In this document: positions 56,962 to 64,000 of the stretch, piece by piece
How positions within the stretch are numbered: the stretch's first letter is position 1
How the letters are laid out: each line of letters starts with the position of its first letter
DNA from: Terriglobia bacterium
GTDB taxonomy: Bacteria > Acidobacteriota > Terriglobia > 20CM-2-55-15
Assembly: GCA_965198225.1 (NCBI GenBank)
Contig: CBDAOY010000006.1
Location: 800,001-864,000 of the forward strand
Reading direction: 5' to 3'
Length of the DNA stretch: 64,000 nt
Translations under genes and position numbers: made by a program
The notes under the pieces: generated by a model
What the model was told of the DNA's origin: nothing
Databases searched by the model: none
What the model saw: the letters and a program-made list of their open reading frames with translations, nothing else

Positions 56962-57864
56962 ATGAGTCGATCACCGGTGCCTTTCTCACTTGGCCTGGCT
57001 CTACTGTTGCTGTCGGCAACGGGCACACCCAATCCGACTCAGAACGATTTTCCGTCCAAATGGATCCACGGCAGTGACGATTGTGCGGAGAATCTCGATC
57101 CGCCGGTACAGGTTCACAGTTACACCGAAAGCACCTGGATCCTGCGTCAGAGCAAATGCATCCACTACGAGGCGCCGTTCGTCTATCTTCTCCTGGGCGA
57201 TGACCGGGCGTTGATGCAGGACACCGGCGCCGTTGCAGGGTCGGACGGTATCCGGAATGCCGTCGATCAGATCATCGGGAACTGGCAGGACGCACACGGC
57301 GGCGCTGTGATCGACCTCATCGTCAGCCACTCCCACGCGCACGGCGACCATGTTGCGGGCGATCCCTGGTTCGCCGACCGGGAGAACACGACGATCATCG
57401 GCGACGACGTCGCTGCGGTTCGCGCCGAGTTCGGGATTTCCGAGTGGCCCTCGGCGGGAGCGGAACTGGACCTGGGAGGCAGGATCCTGGACATCATCCC
57501 GATCCCCGGGCACCAGGAGAGTCACGTCGCGATCTACGATCGGGAGACGCGTGTCCTACTGACGGGGGACACGCTTTATCCGGGCCGGCTCTACGTTTGG
57601 GACTGGCCGGAATACCGGACCAGCATCGATAGGCTCGTCGAATTCACACGATCCAGGCCGGTCTCCTACGTCCTGGGAACCCATGTCGAGATGTCGGACC
57701 GGCCGGGTGTCGATTATCCTGTCGGAACGCGATACCAGCCCGACGAACATCCCTTGCAACTGCGACTGTCTCACCTGATCGAACTGCATCAAGCTTTGTT
57801 GGCGATCGGCGATGAACCCAAGGCCGACGTGCACGACAGCTTTATCATCGTCCCGAGGCAATAG
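56962..57864 (+). CDS. Secreted MBL-fold metallo-hydrolase
   Basis: DTG, SHSHAHGDHVAG (HxHxDH), PGH, LTGD, GTH. Signal peptide. Confidence 0.88.
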   Translation: MSRSPVPFSLGLALLLLSATGTPNPTQNDFPSKWIHGSDDCAENLDPPVQVHSYTESTWILRQSKCIHYEAPFVYLLLGDDRALMQDTGAVAGSDGIRNAVDQIIGNWQDAHGGAVIDLIVSHSHAHGDHVAGDPWFADRENTTIIGDDVAAVRAEFGISEWPSAGAELDLGGRILDIIPIPGHQESHVAIYDRETRVLLTGDTLYPGRLYVWDWPEYRTSIDRLVEFTRSRPVSYVLGTHVEMSDRPGVDYPVGTRYQPDEHPLQLRLSHLIELHQALLAIGDEPKADVHDSFIIVPRQ

Positions 57865-57872
57865 ATGAAGAT

Positions 57873-57956
57873 TAACCACGGAGGCGCGGAGACACGGAGG
57901 CCGGAACGATTTTTTTGAAAACAAAGAAGCTCCGCGCCTCCGCGCCTCCGCGGTTA
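57873..57956. repeat. Palindrome of CxCGGAG 8-9-mer units between convergent genes (possible terminator-like hairpin)
   Basis: TAACCACGGAGGCGCGGAGACACGGAG ... CTCCGCGCCTCCGCGCCTCCGCGGTTA. Confidence 0.8.
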
Positions 57957-57964
57957 TTCCTGAC

Positions 57965-60900
57965 TTACAGGTTCAGCAAATAGCCTTTGCATGGCAGGCC
58001 GGTGATTTGGGTCATCGCGTACGTGTACCAGCCGACCTGGAGTTGGTAGTGTTCGAGATTCGTTGTGATGTCTGCATCCGTCTTGAAGTCGACAACGTGC
58101 CAGGTCTCGTTGTCGAGGAACGCGAGGTCGATCACGCCTTCCAGGATTCGGGCGTTTTCCGCCGGCAGGGTTACGGGCAGCTCCCGGTGGACACGTTCGG
58201 CCTGATGGACCCGCCCCAGGAAGGGATGGTTCAGAGCGTTCGCGATTGCATCGACGGCCGCGTCGATTTCATCTTGCGGCGCATCGATGAGCCGTGCGTG
58301 CATCACTGCCAGTGATTTGATGTCCTTCCTCGAAGCTGTGAACGAGACGTCCCTCAAGAGCTGGTGGACGAGCGTGCCGAATCGCGGACCGGCCGGACGG
58401 TCTTTCACCCTGTCGAGTTCCAGGACCTGGATGTCGCCGGCCCCATCCGGCGCCAGAGTGGTGGTCTCGGTCGCGATGAAAACCTCGAATCGCGACCGGC
58501 TGCCGCTCTCGATGCGTGCTTTCCGACGAGCCCTCCAGGATCGGTAGGCTTCCCCCGAGTCGTCGCCGGATTTGCCCTGCGGGTTCTCCTTCAGCATCTC
58601 TTCCTGTCTTAGCCCGAAGTTTCCTTCAACGTCGAGGTCAAGCTGGGCCGGATCCCACCAGACGACGTCCAGTTCCCCGGCTCGCGGCCGGTGCAGGCCC
58701 GGTTGCACGGAGTACTCGTCGTGTGTCATCAGGTTGGCGGGCCGTTCCAGTACGGATCGATCGCCGAATTCCGGACAGCCGGCAGCGGTTCCGGCATGGC
58801 GACGGGACGCCTCTACCGGATACAGAGCTCTGTTGAGACATCCCACCCACCCTTCGATCGGCTCATCTCCCACAACGGGGACCACCAGCAGGTCGCGAGC
58901 CCGCGTGGCGGCCACGTACGCAATCCGCGTCCCCTCGGCTTCGTCCCGACGGTGTTCGGTTTCCGTATGATCCTGGAGTTCCCAGGGCGAGCAACCCAGT
59001 ATGCGCATCGCGCACAGCTCCCTGGCCGGGTCCACATGCTTGTCGGCCGATGCGGCCGCGAGGTTCGCGGTGATGTCGGCCAGGATCACAATCGGGAACT
59101 CCAGCCCTTTTGCGGCGTGGACCGTCATGATTCGTACCCCTTCGGCTCCTTCTTCGAGAACCGGCGCCTCGGCGGCGTCTTCGGTAACGGCCTCGGCTCT
59201 GAGCTGGTCGACGAAACCTCTGAACGAAGACCCACCGCGGGCTTCAAAGCTCCGCGCCAGATCCCCTACTCGGTAGACATTGGCGAGGATCTGATTGCCG
59301 GCAGGCCGTAGCGCGAAAGCCGCGTGGGCCCGGCTCGACTCCAGCAGTTCGTTGATCGTCTCGACGAACGGTTGCCAGTTCCTCCGGCGGTGCAAACCGG
59401 CCAGTATGCCCAGGACTTCGAAGATGGGTTCGAATTCTGGGTCAACCTCGTCGGGGTGTTTTCGAAAAGGGTGCAGCGAGCCGACGGAATGGCGGTACCG
59501 GAGCAGGAGCGGGTCGGGGATAGCGAACAGTGATCCCTTCAGTGTCGCGTACACGGAGAGTTCGTCATCCGGCCATTCGATCGCGGTCAGCGCGGCCCGG
59601 ATCGTCTCGACCTCCTCCCGCTGATGAAACGACTTGGCCCCCCAGAGCAGGTGGGGGATGTTGCGGGTCTCCAGGGCGTGGACGTACCCGCGGGTGATAT
59701 CTTCTCCCCACGACAGAAACCGGCGGAACAGGATGCAGACATGACGGGACGAAACCGGAATCTCTTCCCCGCGTTTGTCGGGATTCCGGACTCGCCATCC
59801 GCTTTCTTTGAGAAGCCATTGGATGAAGGCGCCTACCGTGTCGGGCAGGCTTGCTTCCACGGCCCTCTTGGTTACCCGATACCAGCCGTAGGGACGCCCG
59901 ACCGGAAGAGCGATGACCGACGGCTGGCCCCCGATGGGGGTCGCATGCTGGTCGAGCGGGACATAGGTGGGTTGTCCGGTCATCGGATCCCCGTCCATCA
60001 CCCTGGCGAACGCGGCATTGACGGCCTTCTGGATGTCGGGTACGGCCCGAAAACTCTTCGTCAGGTACACGAGTCCGACTCCTCGCGATGTCAGCGTCTC
60101 GCGGAGCAACTGATACAAAACGACGTCGGCGCGACGAAAACGATAGATCGACTGCTTGGGGTCTCCCACGAGGAATAGCTTGCCGGGGATTGGTGTGGTC
60201 TGCAGCCAGTCTGTGTACCCAGGGTCATCCGCGGCGAGCAGCAGCAGGATCTCCGCCTGCAGCGGATCCGTGTCCTGGAATTCATCGACGAAAATATGAG
60301 TGAACCGTCTCTGCAGGAAGCGACGCACATCTCCGTTATCCCGAATCAGGTTTCGGGTCGCCAGCAGGAGATCGACGAAATCGACCTTCCCCGCCCGTGT
60401 CTTCGCCTCGTCGTAGCGTTCAACCAGATCCCATAGCTCGTCGCGGAGCAGAGACGCCAGGTCGGCCTCCGAGCGGACCTGGAACCCGTTGAGCTCCGCA
60501 AGCAGCCGTTCCCTTCGATCCAACACCTGCTGGCGGGAATAGTCGTCGGAGAACTTGCCGCGACCCTTCTTCCTGTTCCACTTCAAATCCCGCCCCAGGC
60601 GGACGAGAACGGCTTCCAGGTCGTCATAGTCTCTCCGGCGAACTGCCTCGGCCCGGTCGACTCGGGTCCTGAAATCGATCGTTCCCCTCAGCGCCTGACG
60701 CAGTGGATCACGAAAGTTGCGGCTCGAAGAGACCATCGTCGAGAGTTCGACAACCTGATCGACGAGGGCGTCGATCTCTTCTTCCCGCGAGAATTCCTCC
60801 CGCCTCCATGACCGGGGAAAGTCGCGCCACTCGACGAGCCGCCACGCGGCATTCTCAATCTGCTCGAGCGGCGACCGGTTTGGGTCCCACGAGGCAGCCC

Positions 60901-61387
60901 GGCTCAGGGCCCGTCGCAGCCCCGGCGGGGGACTACTCAATCGTTCCTGTATCCACTTGCTGAAGACGCGGGCAAACAGGCGTGGCGCCTGCCTTTCGTC
61001 GAGTTCCTCGAAACCAGGCTGGATCGATGCCTCGACGGGCCTTTCGCGAAGGATATCGGCGCAGAAAGAGTGGATCGTGCCGATGTGGGCCTCTTCCAGA
61101 CGAACCAGTGCAAGTTCGAGCGAGCTCAAATCCACCGTTTCCCGCGAGTTGGTTCGGGCGTTGTCCAGTCCCTGTCTCAGGCGGAGTTTCAGTTCTCCAG
61201 CCGCTTTCCGAGTGAAAGTGACGGCGACGACTCGGTCTATGGTCGTCCGACCGCTCCCGAGCACCGCAACGATCCTGCGCACGAGTTCGGATGTTTTTCC
61301 GGTCCCGGCCGCAGCTTCGACGATCAGGCTCTCGTCCAGCGATTCCCGGATCCGCCGGCGGACCGGGGCGTCGTCGGTCCCAGTCAT
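57965..61387 (-). CDS. addA: AddA-like UvrD helicase with C-terminal PD-(D/E)XK nuclease
   Basis: AAAGTGKT, TFTRKAA, VDEFQD, VGDPKQSIYRFR, MTVHAAKGLEF, YVAATRA, GVIDL...VDFKT. Start overlaps the upstream stop (ATGA). Confidence 0.88.
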   Translation of the reverse strand: MTGTDDAPVRRRIRESLDESLIVEAAAGTGKTSELVRRIVAVLGSGRTTIDRVVAVTFTRKAAGELKLRLRQGLDNARTNSRETVDLSSLELALVRLEEAHIGTIHSFCADILRERPVEASIQPGFEELDERQAPRLFARVFSKWIQERLSSPPPGLRRALSRAASWDPNRSPLEQIENAAWRLVEWRDFPRSWRREEFSREEEIDALVDQVVELSTMVSSSRNFRDPLRQALRGTIDFRTRVDRAEAVRRRDYDDLEAVLVRLGRDLKWNRKKGRGKFSDDYSRQQVLDRRERLLAELNGFQVRSEADLASLLRDELWDLVERYDEAKTRAGKVDFVDLLLATRNLIRDNGDVRRFLQRRFTHIFVDEFQDTDPLQAEILLLLAADDPGYTDWLQTTPIPGKLFLVGDPKQSIYRFRRADVVLYQLLRETLTSRGVGLVYLTKSFRAVPDIQKAVNAAFARVMDGDPMTGQPTYVPLDQHATPIGGQPSVIALPVGRPYGWYRVTKRAVEASLPDTVGAFIQWLLKESGWRVRNPDKRGEEIPVSSRHVCILFRRFLSWGEDITRGYVHALETRNIPHLLWGAKSFHQREEVETIRAALTAIEWPDDELSVYATLKGSLFAIPDPLLLRYRHSVGSLHPFRKHPDEVDPEFEPIFEVLGILAGLHRRRNWQPFVETINELLESSRAHAAFALRPAGNQILANVYRVGDLARSFEARGGSSFRGFVDQLRAEAVTEDAAEAPVLEEGAEGVRIMTVHAAKGLEFPIVILADITANLAAASADKHVDPARELCAMRILGCSPWELQDHTETEHRRDEAEGTRIAYVAATRARDLLVVPVVGDEPIEGWVGCLNRALYPVEASRRHAGTAAGCPEFGDRSVLERPANLMTHDEYSVQPGLHRPRAGELDVVWWDPAQLDLDVEGNFGLRQEEMLKENPQGKSGDDSGEAYRSWRARRKARIESGSRSRFEVFIATETTTLAPDGAGDIQVLELDRVKDRPAGPRFGTLVHQLLRDVSFTASRKDIKSLAVMHARLIDAPQDEIDAAVDAIANALNHPFLGRVHQAERVHRELPVTLPAENARILEGVIDLAFLDNETWHVVDFKTDADITTNLEHYQLQVGWYTYAMTQITGLPCKGYLLNL

Positions 61388-64000
61388 GGCATCCCCCGGA
61401 GCTGATCGATCGTATCCAGCGCCTTCTTGTCTTTCCGTCCGGTCCGTAATTCCTCGTAGGGACCACAGACAACACGGTAGTCGCAGTAGAGGCAAGCCCG
61501 TTCACGAGGCGCGGCCGGAAGAAAGCCTTTCTGCAGACTGCGGTCGATCAAGTCAATCGCCCGCTCGATGTTGAGCCGGGCTTCCTCGTTGATAGAGACC
61601 TCGAAGCGGCGATAGTCTCCGCGCTGCGTGCAGTAGGAAAGTTCCGACACCGCGACTACCTTCCCCAGGAGGTTTTCGGCCGCGAGGGCGTACAGCGTCG
61701 GCTGGAGCACCTCTCCCGCGCCGATCGTCACCGGTCCCTGGGCCGGCGCCCGTCCCGTCTTGTGGTCGATGACACGAAGCATGCCGTTACCCGGATGCTC
61801 CTCGACCAGGTCGATTGATCCCCGCAGCCGAATTCCGTCTAAGATCACCGCTTCCTCGTCGCGGCTTGCGGGATCCCTGCCCCTGGAACGATCGAGACCG
61901 AAAGAGAACTCGAACAGCGCCGGCAGCCACTGTTCTCCCTCCGCAGCAAGCTGGCTCCGCTGGCGCAACCATCCCCGGAGGTCGGTGCGCAGGTCCTCGA
62001 TTCCGCTTTCCCAAATCCGCACGATGGCCGGCGCGAGTTCGTCCCGGTACTCTTCGGCAACATCGTCCAACACCCGGTCGGCCCTCCGCGTGACGTCATC
62101 GAGGTTCACGGAGGTGATGGGGAGCAATTCCTCCGCGCGCAGCTGGGACAGGAGGCGGAACTGCACTTCATGAAACAGGCTCCCTCTCGTCAACGGATCG
62201 AGCCGTTCGATCCGGACGATCTCCTCCCGTGGTTGAAGCCTGTGGATGGAGTAGAGGAGGAAGCGGTACGGGCAGGCCGCGAACTTCTGGAGTGACGTCG
62301 GAGAGTAGCTCCGAAACTTCGGGCGGTGTGTCGCGAGAATTTCCAGAGCGGCCTCGTCGGGTTCGACGATACCGTCGGCCGAGGACCACCTGGGATCCCA
62401 GCGAAGCCACCGGGTTCGAAGAGACCGGGCCAGGTGCGGGTTGGCTCCGAGAAGGTACCGTCCGCGTCCGACACGCTCACCGGCTGGTCGTTGCAGCAGA
62501 TGTCCGATCGTCGCCAGGTCATACTCCGTATCGTCGATCGCTTCGGAGGCCTGGCGCGGTGACGGCCAGCCGAGCAGAGATCGCGACATTCCGGTAGCGC
62601 GCTGCTCGAGACTGCCGAGTTCCGGTATGTGCCCCTCGGCGGCACGAATGACGTCGAGGGCGTAGAAGGACGGAACGCGGGGGCGCCCCTGCATGATGTC
62701 CATGCGGGGATACGAGATGAAGAGCCGTCTTCTAGCCGCCCCGATTGCGATGTGGAGAAGCATGCGCTCGTCCATTACCCGGCTTTGCTGGAGCGCGAGT
62801 CCGGCCTCGAGTTTCTGGCAGTACTCGTCCAGAAGCAAAGGGTCCTCCAGTGCCTTACGCGGAAATGTCCCTTCGGAGACACCCGGCACGAAGACAAGCT
62901 CGAAGGACTGACCAGCCCCCTCCTGAATCGCTCCCACGAAGACTTTGCCGTAGCGGCGATCCGGAGGCTCGCTGCGCAGAAACGTCAGTCGATCCAGCAA
63001 AACCTCGCGAACTTCATCCAGCGTGACCGGTCCGACATCGAACATGGGGCGGAGTTCGGCCAGGACCGACAGCACGTGGGTGGGTTCTCGGAGGGTGAGT
63101 CGGGCGAGATCTTCGAGGAGACTCAGCCACCGGCCCCACGATGCGGAATCGGGAAAGTCGTCCAGAAACTCGATGACGGGCAGGGCAAAGCGCCGGAGGT
63201 GCCCCAGTCGATCGAGCTGCGTTTGGATGTATTCGCGTCGGTTTTCTTCTTCAGATCCCAACTCGGCGATCTGCTTGCGAAACTCGCTTCCGAGACCGGC
63301 GAGACGGGTCTTCCATCGGCTCCGGCCACCGATGACCGATGCATCGACCAGCAGCCGTTCCCACTGAAACGGGGCGCGCAGGCTTCCGGCGATCACCGGG
63401 CTGTCTTCCGGATCGACATCGACGTCGATGTCTCCGGGAGGCCCGGCCGCCGGCAACGGGGCGTCGGGGAAGAGTTCCCCCTGAGCGGGGACGAACGCGG
63501 GTTCTTCGGGGAGGGTTGGCTCGCCCTGGGCGTCGGGCTGGGGCGTCTGCCCCAGCGACAGGTATTCGGCAAAACGCGACGCCGACAAACCCTCCGAGCA
63601 GCATGAAAGCAGGGCCAGGAACGCCCGTCCCGACGGATTCGGTCGCACGCTGCCCCGCGTATAGTAGCCGGGAATGCCGCTCCGCCGGAGGGCGTCTTCG
63701 ATCAGAGGCTGGTAGGTTTCAGGGTTGCGGAGCAGAACGGCAACTTCGTCGAACCGGACCTGCTCATCCTGGCACGCAGCCATGATGTATCGGGCGATCT
63801 CGACACATTCCCGTCCCTCGTCGGTCGACGAGAAGAAGACCAGGCTGGCGTCGGAGCTTTGCGGGTTGGGTGTCTGCAGGGCGAACACCGAAGACCGAAG
63901 TCTGGCGAGCGTTGTCTTGACCTCGTCTCCATCCAGGTTCTCGGAGGCGGCGTCGAGGGCGGTTTCCAATCCCTGAAGACCTTCCGAGCTCTGTGGGAGG
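61384..64000 (-). CDS. addB: AddB-like inactive helicase / PD-(D/E)XK nuclease with Fe-S cysteines (5' truncated by window)
   Basis: SPTSLQKFAACPY, RGSLFH, LRGSIDL...IDHKTG, CLYCDYRVVC. Translationally coupled to the addA-like gene. Confidence 0.85.
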   Translation of the reverse strand, partial: LPQSSEGLQGLETALDAASENLDGDEVKTTLARLRSSVFALQTPNPQSSDASLVFFSSTDEGRECVEIARYIMAACQDEQVRFDEVAVLLRNPETYQPLIEDALRRSGIPGYYTRGSVRPNPSGRAFLALLSCCSEGLSASRFAEYLSLGQTPQPDAQGEPTLPEEPAFVPAQGELFPDAPLPAAGPPGDIDVDVDPEDSPVIAGSLRAPFQWERLLVDASVIGGRSRWKTRLAGLGSEFRKQIAELGSEEENRREYIQTQLDRLGHLRRFALPVIEFLDDFPDSASWGRWLSLLEDLARLTLREPTHVLSVLAELRPMFDVGPVTLDEVREVLLDRLTFLRSEPPDRRYGKVFVGAIQEGAGQSFELVFVPGVSEGTFPRKALEDPLLLDEYCQKLEAGLALQQSRVMDERMLLHIAIGAARRRLFISYPRMDIMQGRPRVPSFYALDVIRAAEGHIPELGSLEQRATGMSRSLLGWPSPRQASEAIDDTEYDLATIGHLLQRPAGERVGRGRYLLGANPHLARSLRTRWLRWDPRWSSADGIVEPDEAALEILATHRPKFRSYSPTSLQKFAACPYRFLLYSIHRLQPREEIVRIERLDPLTRGSLFHEVQFRLLSQLRAEELLPITSVNLDDVTRRADRVLDDVAEEYRDELAPAIVRIWESGIEDLRTDLRGWLRQRSQLAAEGEQWLPALFEFSFGLDRSRGRDPASRDEEAVILDGIRLRGSIDLVEEHPGNGMLRVIDHKTGRAPAQGPVTIGAGEVLQPTLYALAAENLLGKVVAVSELSYCTQRGDYRRFEVSINEEARLNIERAIDLIDRSLQKGFLPAAPRERACLYCDYRVVCGPYEELRTGRKDKKALDTIDQLRGMP

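Overview
GC-rich bacterial window; the gene content looks Acidobacteriota-like (inference). 1-24184 is one giant repetitive RTX/adhesin-type surface protein gene of at least 8,026 aa, truncated at the window start and split at 4920-5024 by a 97-bp MITE whose removal restores the frame exactly. 24.7-36.8 kb holds metabolic genes: radical SAM, sulfatase, an AmgK/MurU-like pair, serine hydrolase, a prolyl oligopeptidase pseudogene, amidohydrolase and an ankyrin-PQQ propeller protein. 36.8-43.7 kb is a mobile-element hotspot: a complete IS4-family element, minus-strand group II intron remnants, and a four-level nested set of group II introns. In that set, an internally deleted intron contains an RT-encoding intron at its D5/D6 junction. 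The RT-encoding intron contains a ~905-nt ORF-less intron in its D3, and that ORF-less intron contains a second copy of itself at the equivalent D3 site. Predicted EBS1-IBS1 pairings support all junctions. 43.7-64 kb carries fni, a peptidase cluster, OsmC, NHL, PaaI, an NSS transporter, aldolase, amidohydrolase, MBL hydrolase and AddAB-like genes, interspersed with GTAG-type REP doublets and other short palindromic repeats. No rRNA, tRNA or CRISPR array was seen.
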